DNA from: a virus
Lineage: Duplodnaviria; Caudoviricetes
DNA: 64,000 bases
Reading direction: 5' to 3' (one strand)
IMG/VR virus record: IMGVR_UViG_3300037313_001002
Location: 1-64,000 of that record
The notes under the pieces: model-generated
What the model saw: the letters and a program-made list of their open reading frames with translations, nothing else
Database searches by the model: none
Told to the model about the DNA's origin: nothing
In this document: piece after piece, positions 49,189 to 59,690 of the stretch
How positions within the stretch are numbered: the first letter of the stretch is position 1
How the letters are laid out: every line of letters starts with the position of its first letter
Position numbers and translations under genes: made by a program

Positions 49189-49596
49189 ATGATAACCCTC
49201 AAAAAGAAGCGTTGTAAGATCTGTAATGAGTTAACCTATATCTTTAGTCATGGTAACTGTAAATCCTGCGACGCGAAAATTAAAATATGCAAACGTATAT
49301 CGCGTGTTAAATACCAGACAAAGCAGATCAAAAAGGTAAGCGACAAACAGAAGAAGTTAAACTTAGCTTACTTGGCACAAAGGGAAATATACTTAGAGCA
49401 GCACCCATTTTGTAAGGTAGGGCTTGAAGGATGTATGGGTAAAGCGACAACGGTACATCATAAAATCGGCAGAAATAAATTTTTACTGGATGAAACCACT
49501 TGGTTACCTTGCTGCATGTTTTGTCACCACTATATTGAGACCCACGGTAAATGGGCGAAAGAAAAAGGATATTCACTTAGCAGACTTGAAAAATGA
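49189..49596 (+). CDS. HNH-type nuclease (NinG-like position)
   Basis: HPFCKV..GCMGKATTVHHKIGR...CCMFCHHYIE. Confidence 0.7.
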   Translation: MITLKKKRCKICNELTYIFSHGNCKSCDAKIKICKRISRVKYQTKQIKKVSDKQKKLNLAYLAQREIYLEQHPFCKVGLEGCMGKATTVHHKIGRNKFLLDETTWLPCCMFCHHYIETHGKWAKEKGYSLSRLEK

Positions 49597-49835
49597 AAAG
49601 GCTGAAATATATTTGGCAGGATACTATATACTTCTTAGAAAACAATAGCACTCCGGGTATTATTGTAAATATGACTTGGATTTTATACCTTTTGGCAAGG
49701 TTGATATTGTTACCATTTCAACTACTAAATGATTATTTAAAACCGCGTTAGGGATTGAAGCGGATACAGGCCATGAGCCTAATGCCTGTGCGCGTATGAG
49801 CGGAAAGCCCGACCCGCTGGTAAGCGGGGAACGCC

Positions 49836-50821
49836 CTACTTCGTCCAACCTTTAGGAAATAGTTCTATGGAGTTTAACCATTTTATTCCTTTACGGTAAA
49901 AGTCTACTCTTACTTCCGGGCTTTCATCAAATACAGGTCTTTTAAGATTAAGTACAGGTTTAGCATCCCTGCCTATTATTTCAGAGATACTAAGGTCAGA
50001 AGAACCCTGTTTACTGACTACTTTAAGGTTAGCGTTTTTCATAGTAACTCATCCTCCTCAATTTCCCCATTAAGCCATTGGATAGCACACAAAGCCATTG
50101 ATTCTTCGTTATGTGACAAATCTTTTTCATAGATTTCATCCTCATCCCATTCATATTTTATAGCATCAACCGCATAGTCAATTGCACTCCAATTATCATC
50201 ACCAAAAACGGAATATTTCGGTAACTTACTTTTCAAACTATTAAGTTTGCCTATCATGGTTTCGATTTCTTGTTCTGTCCTTTTCATCCTAATTTATCAG
50301 TTAAGTAAAACTTTATAATTCTTTCATAATCATTTTCAAGTACCGATTCAGGTCTTAAATACTCCTGTACCACATCATCACCTTTAGTATTAGGAAACTC
50401 TATTTTATGTAAGTTCCAGTCCTCTATAAAAGCTAATAAGTCCTTTTTAAGAATAACATACTGTACCCTGCTATGAGTATGGTGATAAGACAGTTCATAA
50501 CATACGTTATAACCGTTATCCACTTTCTCTATTTTAAGGATGGTCAGTGATGTTGTGGTGGGGTTGTGCATATTTTTAAAGACCTAATACTTTGCGTATA
50601 TTTTCGTTATATTCTTCTAAAATTTTATAGTACAATTCACGAGTTTCGTCATTCAGCTTATAATCAATAGACCGTTTAGCTATTTCACAACGTTGCATCA
50701 TAAGTAATTTTATACAAACCACGGCACGTTGATATGTATCCGAATCGCCTAAATAAATTGCTGTATTTATTTTAGAAATCATTTCTATTCGAGACTGCGC
50801 ACTTGATTCCATAATTTCCAA
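49836..50821 (-). CDS. inverted island of four small hypothetical genes (49836-50042, 50039-50287, 50284-50571, 50576-50821)
   Basis: Coupled minus-strand ORFs inside the plus-strand region. Confidence 0.55.
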
Positions 50822-50947
50822 TGCTTTAAATAATATACAATGTTAGGTAGAAAAAAGGAATTATCAAAATACTTTAACAACAAGTTATTAACATTATTAA
50901 TGATAAATATGTTGGTAACTTTATTAACAAGTTATTAAAAAATGTAT

Positions 50948-50955
50948 TACTTTTG
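50948..50955 (+). promoter_or_regulatory. Bacteroidota -7 promoter box
   Basis: TACTTTTG, 24 nt upstream of the ATG at 50980. Confidence 0.5.
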
Positions 50956-50979
50956 ATTTATTAAAACGATAGGTAACCC

Positions 50980-52837
50980 ATGAATAAAAAAAGATTAGAG
51001 CCATTAAAAAAGATTGACATTGGCGCAATCGCTATCGGTGAGGAGATAGAAATATATGCAGGGCGTTTGGCATCATTTAAAGCCTCTGTAAGCCGTTATA
51101 ATAAAGATAACGGGCTTGCATTCAGGTTTGACTATTCAGACGTTCATAACAACTATGTGACGGCTACACGCGTAACCGATAAAATTGTAACCCTACAACC
51201 ATGAAGCTGGAACTGAAACACCTTTCGCCCTATTTGCCGTATGGATTGAAATGCAGAAGCGATATGCCGGGTAACACAATTTTTGAAATGCGTATTTTAA
51301 GCAACAATAACGCTTATGAAGACGATAGGTCTTGCAGATGGGGAATAGGTACATTTAAACCACTCCTCACCCCACTATCCGAATTGACAAACTCACAATG
51401 GATAGATGTTATTATCGCTGGTGATATTGTATTAGAGCGAGAACAGACCTACGATATGGATTTTGAATGGGATAAGGAAAATGATTTATTGATTATCGGA
51501 ATCCCCCATGATGGCGGTCGAGAGCATATTAAGTTTAGCAAGCATTTTATGGCTTTCGGAGGTTCGCTTTGGATAAATCAATTAGCCGCCTTCAACAAGC
51601 TATATGAACTACACGCAGACGTTTACGGTCTCATAGAATCCGGCTGCGCTCTAAATAAGAACAGTTTAAATAAATGAAAAGATGAACAAGCAAGACCCAA
51701 AGAGAATAGCAGTTGGATTGTGGGATAAGGAAAATAATACTATTCAACTGTCTAAAAATATCTGCCAAGTTGTTACCACATCGGTAAATAAACTCGTGTG
51801 GGAGAACTACGGTAGCGGTGGATGGATAGAAGGTCGCGAACAAGTTGAGAGAACGGTTTATACCCACACGGTTTATAAAGACGGTGTTAAAATCGGCGTA
51901 ATAGACACTTACAATGTAATGTTTGTTAGCCCGGACAGATACAAAGTCATTCTAAATAAAGATTACCGGGACATATTTCCAAAAGTAGAAGTTTAGCCCC
52001 CCTGTTCACAACAACCAAAACAAAGAGAACGATATGAAAAAAATATATACAGTTATCCGAATTTTAAGAGAAGAAATTACAGTTGAGGCTAAATCTAAAA
52101 AAGATGCGCTAGAGGCTGCTAAAGAAAACTCAACGAACTCTCTAGTTAAAATAGAAAGTGAGATTGCATTTTTATATAAAGGTACTGATAAAAAGGATAC
52201 CCCGAACTATATACCGATAATGGATTACTTTAAGAGTTAACCCCTACCACTAAAAACCAAAAAGAAGGATGAAAACCATTGAAGAAAATAATCAACTAAT
52301 CGCTGAGTTTTTAGGATCGGTTTATAAAGCCGATAATGAAGGAATATACGGGTATTATTTTCAAAACCCATTTGCAAAAGACTGGGAAATAGGGTATCAG
52401 GCAGATGATTTACAATTTCACACTTCCTGGGATTGGCTTATGCCCGTAGTTGAGAAGATTGAGGTAATGGGGTATTTGGTAACCATATCAACTTACGGTT
52501 GCAATATTCAAGAGGAAAAGACCGCCGTTTCTGTAACAGGCTTTATTGCTGACGAAACAAAACTTGAAGCCACTTACCAAGCCGTAACAGAATTTATTAA
52601 CTGGTATAAAAAAGCATCAGCATAAGGAGAAAGAACATGGCAAAGCATAATCTAAAAGAACTAAAATGCCCTATATGCGGAAAGCCTATGAAGATTGTTA
52701 TATCTAATCAGGAGCATATTAATCAGGTTTCCAAAATATTAAAGAAATACAAATACTACCAATACCAGTGCGAAACCTGTAATGAAAAGTATACCACGAC
52801 CGAAAGCGATACACTTAGTTTAAAAGACTTTTTTTAA
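50980..52837 (+). CDS. six small hypothetical genes typical of Bacteroidota phages (50980-51204, 51201-51677, 51682-51996, 52034-52240, 52269-52625, 52637-52837)
   Basis: Motifs LKHLSPYLPYGL...KPLLTPLS and NNQLIAEF...FHTSWDWLMPVVEKIE; the last has CxxC pairs. Confidence 0.55.
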
Positions 52838-52848
52838 CCCCCACCCCC

Positions 52849-53250
52849 ATGACACCGACAAAAAGTAAAGAGGAAATACTCGCAGAGTACCCGTGTTTGG
52901 AAAGTATGCCCCCGTATTATCATGAGCCAGACGTTCTTAATGCGATGCAATCCTACGCCGACCTTCAAACAGCAGAGCTTACGCGGGAGAACGAAACCCT
53001 TAAAGCCAAACTTGAAAAACAACAAGCGGGTGAATGGATAGATGTAGAGACACGGTTGCCGGAACTTGGTGAAAAGGTGCTGATATGCCGTTATGGAAAT
53101 CATATACTAATGGGACAATTACTATATAAGGAATTGGATGCCGGAGACACTATTAAGGTTTTCTGTGCCTTTTTTAAGGACAAATTTACTGAATGCGAGC
53201 GCGATAGCGTTACCCATTGGATGCCTCTGCCAAATCCACCCCAGCAATAA
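52849..53250 (+). CDS. DUF551 family protein
   Basis: WIDVETRLPE...VTHWMPLPNPP. Confidence 0.8.
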   Translation: MTPTKSKEEILAEYPCLESMPPYYHEPDVLNAMQSYADLQTAELTRENETLKAKLEKQQAGEWIDVETRLPELGEKVLICRYGNHILMGQLLYKELDAGDTIKVFCAFFKDKFTECERDSVTHWMPLPNPPQQ

Positions 53251-53455
53251 CCAAAAACAGATATGAAAAGTTCAAAAACAGACGGTTCAGATATTTGGAT
53301 ATGTATAATTTTTGAAATGCTTTTAGTATTCATTTTTATTAATTCAATAGGCTTAGAAAGCGTAAAAGGCGTTACAAAAAATTTTATAATTGCACTAAGC
53401 AGTACAAATGTATTTATATGGTCTATCTTTTCATTCCTTAAAATCAAACAATATT

Positions 53456-53827
53456 ATGATGAACATTAAACCAACATTAACATTAATCCTCGCCCTGCTG
53501 ATAGTAACATCGGTGAGGGCGCAAAATATATTTGGGCCGCATACCCATACTGTAATTAAAACAGCGCAGTTATTTTTTGAAGCAGATACGCCAAAAGTTA
53601 TTAAGCGTGACACTATCAGATGTTATTTCAAAGAACTGGAAGTAAATCACGATACCATTACAGAACATTGGCGACACGGATATCAGGTTATTGACACAAT
53701 GGGTTCATATCATTATACAGGCGTTTGGGAAACTATGGAACATGATACACAACTGGAATGTTACCTTTATCCCGACCGCAAGACGAAAGTAACCAATCAA
53801 GTCATTTATTCAATCAGCTCAAAATGA
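53456..53827 (+). CDS. exported protein with a Sec signal peptide
   Basis: MMNIKPTLTLILALLIVTSVRA-Q. Confidence 0.65.
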   Translation: MMNIKPTLTLILALLIVTSVRAQNIFGPHTHTVIKTAQLFFEADTPKVIKRDTIRCYFKELEVNHDTITEHWRHGYQVIDTMGSYHYTGVWETMEHDTQLECYLYPDRKTKVTNQVIYSISSK

Positions 53828-54099
53828 AAAAACCACTCTTAATCTTATTAGCCACCGTCTGCATGAGTGCAGCTTTCGGTCAGCAAAAACCCGACACCGC
53901 TAAAAAAGTAAAAATAAACCAAGCTGAAGTCTGGGATATTCACAGTAGGCTATCCAGAGCGTTAGACATTATTCACCGGGTGCACTTTGACGCGGTTCAA
54001 AGGGATTCTATTGACAGATATCTCGCGCCTTGGATAAGTGAAATCGAACGTAGATACCAAAATGCGATTCCTGAAAAAACGGAAGGAGTTAAAAAATGA
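53824..54099 (+). CDS. exported protein with a Sec signal peptide
   Basis: MKKPLLILLATVCMSAAFG-Q. Confidence 0.65.
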   Translation: MKKPLLILLATVCMSAAFGQQKPDTAKKVKINQAEVWDIHSRLSRALDIIHRVHFDAVQRDSIDRYLAPWISEIERRYQNAIPEKTEGVKK

Positions 54100-54953
54100 G
54101 CTACGCAAGCAATGTTGATTTGCCAAAATCAATGATGGCATTTGAATTAAAAGATGGTACTCTTTTACTCATTCATAAAGAAGATTGTGAAGCAATAGGA
54201 AATAAAATTGCAATGGTATCCGCCTTAAATGCTCACCTTGTCGTTGAAGATTATTTAAAAAACAAAAGTCAGTTATCGATTGGCATAAAAGAAGTTCAAC
54301 AAATACTTGAGAAATATCCAGATATGGATAAAGATAAAAAGAATGAATACTTTGATGTCATGATTCAACTTATCAAAAAAGCAACTGATTTGCCATGAAA
54401 AAGCCCACTAAAACCCAACTATTCCTCCTATTCGTCCTCATAGCCATGATACTGTATACGGTTTGGAGGAGAGAGGAGAAGCCGAATACCGACACTTGGA
54501 TAAGTGAGCATTCGGAGATAACAGGTATTGATACAAGTAAATAAAATGATACAACCACAAGAATTGCGTTTAGGGAACTGGATTGTAATAGGTGGCAAAC
54601 CAGCACAGGTAACATGCGTGTCTACGGAAGGGGTATCGGCTGATAGCAATACCACTTCATACTGTTTTGAAAAGTTTGAGGATATACACCCTATTGCGCT
54701 CACTGCTGAACTATTGGAGAAAGCCGGGTTTGAAAACATCACACCTGAATACGACAATGGAATAGTGCATACTTTTAAAAAATATCTATTGATTATAAGA
54801 TTTACATGGGATGAAGATGGTACTTTATTTACGGCAAGAACGGCAAGTTTGGAAAACGGTATGCGCAATTACAGTATTATATTAACATCATTGCACCAAC
54901 TCCAAAACCTATATTTCGCACTAACAGGCAAAGAACTCGAAATTAATCTATAA
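54096..54953 (+). CDS. three small genes (54096-54398; TM-anchored 54395-54544; 54546-54953)
   Basis: ATGA coupling; the last has ELRLGNW...LHQLQNLYFALTG, a common Bacteroidota phage family. Confidence 0.55.
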
Positions 54954-54981
54954 ATTAGTAAACAATTAAACAAGTAAAAAA

Positions 54982-55518
54982 ATGGGATTTATTATTAAAC
55001 TATTGGAAAGCATCTTTCCGTTCCTTTTCAGCGCATTGCGCCGTTCATGGGACAACCTTAGCCAGCAACAACAACAGGCACTTATTCAATCAGGCACGAT
55101 CGGCCAGTACCTGAAAAACAATTTAACGATCCTGGGCGACGATTTAGTGTCGCTCATATCCAATGACCTCAACTTAGATCGGAATATCGTAGAGGACACC
55201 TTAATAGCCTTAGCGGGCAAATTTGGCGTAACAACCACAAGCGTTAATGATGCGGTTGCCTTTTTGCAAAAGAAACTTCAATCGGCATCGTCTAATGAGG
55301 AATGGAACGGCCTGTTAAGCACGCTGCTCAATGTAGGCGCAACTATCCTTTCCGGCGGTGCTATTGATTGGGTTCATGTAGCATTAGGTTTGGGTGAATG
55401 GGTATATCAACAATTTATAGCACCAAAACAGGTTACGATATTGCAGGTTCAGACACCAGCACCAGCACCAGTTGCAACACCTACACCAATAGCGGAGCCA
55501 GTACCGGGAAACGTATAA
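54982..55518 (+). CDS. helical protein with a P/T/A-rich tail; candidate -1 frameshift extension to 55556
   Basis: 178 aa; slippery G GGA AAC at 55506-55512. Confidence 0.65.
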   Translation: MGFIIKLLESIFPFLFSALRRSWDNLSQQQQQALIQSGTIGQYLKNNLTILGDDLVSLISNDLNLDRNIVEDTLIALAGKFGVTTTSVNDAVAFLQKKLQSASSNEEWNGLLSTLLNVGATILSGGAIDWVHVALGLGEWVYQQFIAPKQVTILQVQTPAPAPVATPTPIAEPVPGNV

Positions 55519-55718
55519 TGCCATCAGTCAAATGGTGGCAGTTTTGGAAATGGTAAAAAATATTGAGGAGCGGTAAAATTCCGCACCGGCTTTCTAACCC
55601 GGCTTGGTGTAATAGACAGCACGTTACTTTTAAACTGTTTCCACTGTTCAGTAAAAACAGAGCTTCATAATCGGTTTAGGTTAAAGGCAGCCAAAACGCA
55701 AGGTAGAGGCTGCCTTGT

Positions 55719-56201
55719 TTGAAAAAAAAAGAAAAGATGAAAAGGGAAGATAAAAAAAGGCTAATTACCGATGTATTAGCTAAAGACCCACATTGTACAG
55801 AGTGCGGTAAATTAATGTTCAATAGCTTTGATTTACCATATCCACCCAAAATCATGCCCAATGATGCCGCAATAGTCGCAACAAGGGGTGATAACGGTAA
55901 AAAATGGGTAATGTGCGCTGAATGTTCAGAGTTGCAACATTTAATCAGAAACGAAAGAATTAAACAGGAAGCTAAAATTTCTATTGATGCCCCTAAGCCT
56001 GAAAAGGTATCAATAAAAGAACTTTCTGCTGATGAAATTAGGCATAAGATACACTTAAATGAAGTGGCAACCAAAGTTATATTGAATGAATTGGGTGTGC
56101 CTGACGATAAGATACACCTTGTAAAAGGGGCTATTCGTGAAAACTTTCATCTAAAATACTATCTACGTTTTGGTAAATTCCTATCAGAAGAAGTTGTTTA
56201 A
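55719..56201 (+). CDS. zinc-binding, degenerate HNH-like protein
   Basis: KDPHCTECG...MCAEC. Confidence 0.45.
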   Translation: MKKKEKMKREDKKRLITDVLAKDPHCTECGKLMFNSFDLPYPPKIMPNDAAIVATRGDNGKKWVMCAECSELQHLIRNERIKQEAKISIDAPKPEKVSIKELSADEIRHKIHLNEVATKVILNELGVPDDKIHLVKGAIRENFHLKYYLRFGKFLSEEVV

Positions 56202-56495
56202 AAATGAAAACCATAGAAGATTTACTTCTTTATTGTCGGGTTAAAATAGCTGAACTTGAATACGAATCTCAAAAAACAATGAAAGATATGGGTTATGTTC
56301 CCGATGATATTTATTATTCAATTCATGATAAAATAGACACCTACAAGGATGTTATTAATTTCATTCAATCATCAAAATGACCTACATCCTCCTCTCCATC
56401 CTCCTGTTCCCACCCCTTGTAATCTTTACGGGGCTGTTTTTAGGGTGCTGGATTTTTAGGGTTGAGGTGAGGGAGGGGGAAGATAAAATTAAGAT

Positions 56496-56780
56496 ATGAA
56501 ACCAGGCTCGTTAGTTCAATTGATTAATGCCAAATGGAGGCACAAAACAGATGGTGTAACCTTTCCTGAAACGGGTAAGATATATACCGTCCGCGATATT
56601 GTAGTTTCTTTGCCGTTCAAAACAGAAATGATACGGCTTGAGGAAATTGTCAATCCGATAGCTCACACCGGTCAAGAATGGGGTTTTCTAAGTTGGCGTT
56701 TCAAAGAAGTATTGCCACCTATTGAAGATGCAGAAAGTCATATCAGGGAAAATATAGTTGAATGCCCTGTCGTTATTTAA
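56496..56780 (+). CDS. hypothetical protein
   Basis: MKPGSLVQ...GKIYTV...EEIVNP...FKEV pattern. Confidence 0.5.
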   Translation: MKPGSLVQLINAKWRHKTDGVTFPETGKIYTVRDIVVSLPFKTEMIRLEEIVNPIAHTGQEWGFLSWRFKEVLPPIEDAESHIRENIVECPVVI

Positions 56781-57064
56781 CTTTGCTCTCCGTCTTTGGG
56801 GTTGACAGTCACGTTTGAGCTATCATTAGCTGTAACGCTTGTAGCATCTGGTTGTTTCTTAGCCAAAGGATTGCCCCCTAAAAGGTACTGAATACCCGAC
56901 ATTAACGCGCCTGTGTTTAACCCACCTATAAGCAAGTCAGCATACTTTTGACCACCTGTTGGTATAGGTATGAACATGACCGCTACATCTACGCTGATAA
57001 CAAGCATAACCATACCTGCTATAAACCAAAAGATGTGATTAAAATGATTGTCCTCTTGTTGCAT
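56777..57064 (-). CDS. holin-like two-TM protein
   Basis: Two hydrophobic segments; adjacent to the endolysin. Confidence 0.55.
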   Translation of the reverse strand: MQQEDNHFNHIFWFIAGMVMLVISVDVAVMFIPIPTGGQKYADLLIGGLNTGALMSGIQYLLGGNPLAKKQPDATSVTANDSSNVTVNPKDGEQS

Positions 57065-57076
57065 TGTGATAATTTT

Positions 57077-57601
57077 TTAAGTTTGATATGGTATTAATCT
57101 TGAAAGCCAGCTATGCCCCCATTGAGCAAAGCCATGTGTATTTTCGTAACGTGCTTTACGCATTGCATTAATTTGGTTGTATATAGCCTCTGCATCCCCG
57201 TTATTGACACCGTTTAGTGTTTGTTGACCAACTATACCATCTTGTATAACGCCTGCGGCAGATTGCATAAAACGGGCTGCTATGCCCGACCCTTGATTAA
57301 TTGAACAGTCAAACAGGTTATTAGCTATTTGTTGGTCGTTCACTTCATCAAGTTTTAGTACGTCCCAATAGTTAGCCTTAAAGAACCCGTGAACCTTTGC
57401 CATGAAGTCGGGGTCATTGAATAGCTTATGTGTAATGTTAGCATCCGTGTCCGGCTTTAACGCATCTACAATAGACCATCCTGACCAATTGGGGTTTTGT
57501 CCTCTGTCAATACCCATAGCAGTCTCGGCTTCGCTACCATTGTTGCTATATCCGGCCTCTGTTTTTTGCGTAATCGCATCCGCTATCAAAAAATCTGCCA
57601 T
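57077..57601 (-). CDS. endolysin, glycoside hydrolase family 108 with a PG-binding C-terminus
   Basis: EAGY...ETAMGI, YWD, LFDCSINQG, QSAAGV..DGIVG..TL, FAQWGHSWLSR; start at ATG 57601. Confidence 0.8.
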   Translation of the reverse strand: MADFLIADAITQKTEAGYSNNGSEAETAMGIDRGQNPNWSGWSIVDALKPDTDANITHKLFNDPDFMAKVHGFFKANYWDVLKLDEVNDQQIANNLFDCSINQGSGIAARFMQSAAGVIQDGIVGQQTLNGVNNGDAEAIYNQINAMRKARYENTHGFAQWGHSWLSRLIPYQT

Positions 57602-57603
57602 AC

Positions 57604-57941
57604 TCAATCCACCGTTTCTATTGTGTTCAAATGTAACTTAGCCCAGATAACTACAAAAGCTAATGCCAGTGCTATTATAGCACCTAAGAAAAGCCATCGG
57701 TTTTTAGGGATATTGGGGAAAGGGGTCATTGTTAACAAGTTATAGGATTTTGCCACCATTGACCGGGAGTTGTATCCCACCGTCTTGGCTGAACTTCATA
57801 ATATGGTTGCAATTCTTGCTTAACGATTATTACCTTATCTTGTTGCGGAACAATAGTTTGCTTTTCATCCATCAATTCCAATGCTTCATCAAAGGTTATA
57901 TGCCCCGCTTTGAATAGCCTTTCAACAATTTCTTTTTTCAT
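57604..57941 (-). CDS. two small genes (TM peptide 57604-57729; 57732-57941)
   Basis: Hand-translated RWLFLGAIIALALAFVVIW; ORF track. Confidence 0.45.
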
Positions 57942-58247
57942 ATTACAAATTAATCAGGTATATAGCCAAAAAATAAGCCAACAGCAATAACACGTAACCT
58001 ATAACTAACTTTTGTTCCGGGTTTTGCATACTGTAAATCTAACAAACTATTTGCAAAATTCAAAGTACCAATAAAATAAGCATAATCAAATATCCTTATA
58101 TTCCATTAAAAAGCTAATTAGTGTAATAAATTTTCGCTTATTCTATTGGAGTGGAATTAAAAAGCCACACCCCTAAAGATAGTCGGAATGTGGCCTGTTT
58201 GGTATTTATATGGTCTGTAAGGGGGAACAATTTCGTACGTGGATTGT

Positions 58248-59492
58248 TTAATGCACCGTAATATTTTTCCTTTCCACGCTCAACAGGTACGCCGCCAACA
58301 GCACCATAGCCGCAACCTTTGGAAAGTGACATACAGCCCTTACCGTTACCTCGTTCCAGTTGTGCAGGTAGCCAATATCCCAAAAACCGTAATAGAGCCA
58401 TTCTAAGCCATGTTCAGCCCCGACCAGTACAAAGTATAGTATCATTAACTTTCGTAGCCTACCATTGCGCATTTGCCAGAATTTAAAGGCTATAAAGCAA
58501 GCCAGTAGAACAATGACAGCATACTCGGTTTGTGATAAGTACATTTCGGGTGTGAGGTTCATTTCTTTCCTAACGTTTCTATTAAGGTTTTAAGGGAGTT
58601 TAATAAATTGAAATTTTGATTATTGGAGTTGATTACCTTTTCGTTGGTTTCGTTCTGCCTTTCAAATTGTCGTTCTATGGTCTGCCGCCACATTTCACGT
58701 TCCTGCTTGTGATCCCTGTCCTTTTTGGCGTACCATATAGCGAATACGATAAGGATAATACCGAGGATACCATAATTGGCTAATTCGTTCACATTACTTG
58801 CTTATTGATTTTTCCAAACCCCAAATGGCCTTTTCAAGACGTTCAAAGTTTTCATTGAGCCTTTCAATATCCGGCTTAACCTCATCCCTGATTAATGTCT
58901 TAACCATTTCCTTTTGCTTGTCAGAAAAGTATTTGAATATCAAGTCGAAAGCTTTCCACAATAAACCAAATATGGTTAAATAAGGCAGCAAGTCCTCGAA
59001 CAGTTGAAGCCATTGATTAGAAGGTATAGGTGGTTGTGCCATCGTTTTTGTATTCATTGTAAATTCTCTAAATATATAAAATTTCGGCTAATCTCAAAAC
59101 GGGTGTTTTAACGGTATTTTTTAGTATTTCAATGTTCGGTTCCTGACTCCCGTCCACAATATAATGATTGTAGTCAGCAACACGGAGGTATTAAAGCAAA
59201 TAGTGAGCCTGAACGTATCACTTAACCACCCATGCCTGTTGGCTATAATAATCAGATAATTTGTCACTATAAGCCAAACACAAACTAAGTTAAACTGTTC
59301 ATGAAAAAATCCTTTGAACTTTCCCATGTGGTCAATCAGGTGGAATAACAACATACCAAGCGTGAGATAGTTGTAAAAAAGTTTGACATAATGCACGTCC
59401 CAATAGGTATGGGTAAGTTCATAAATATACAGGTTAAATAACGCCGTATAAATACATATTACCGATAGTGTGAGTATTGTTCTGAACATCAT
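58248..59492 (-). CDS. four membrane proteins (58248-58562, 58559-58792, 58794-59057, 59121-59492); holin/antiholin-like candidates
   Basis: One to four hydrophobic segments each; two have a TM followed by a charged coiled coil; upstream of the endolysin. Confidence 0.55.
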
Positions 59493-59677
59493 CCGTTATC
59501 GAGGACACATTGCTTTAGTACATTATCCCACACATAACCTGTCGGGCATGTTGGTGGCGTTCCGTCTAAAGGATGCGCTATTTGAGCCTGCGCCAACACT
59601 TCTTCGCCAACGGCCTCATATCCGTAATGTTTTATTAGTTCTGCTACCTGATTTTTCAGGCTTTTTTCTGTTTCCAT
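59489..59677 (-). CDS. 62-aa protein with a C-terminal CPTGYVWDNVLKQC motif
   Basis: ATGA overlap with the downstream gene. Confidence 0.5.
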   Translation of the reverse strand: METEKSLKNQVAELIKHYGYEAVGEEVLAQAQIAHPLDGTPPTCPTGYVWDNVLKQCVLDNG

Positions 59678-59690
59678 TGTTGTTGTGATT

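Noticed and set aside
55598-55700. Second tRNA (GGCTTGGTGTAATAGACAGCACG resembles a D-arm)
   Set aside because: No matching acceptor 3' strand and no T-arm found
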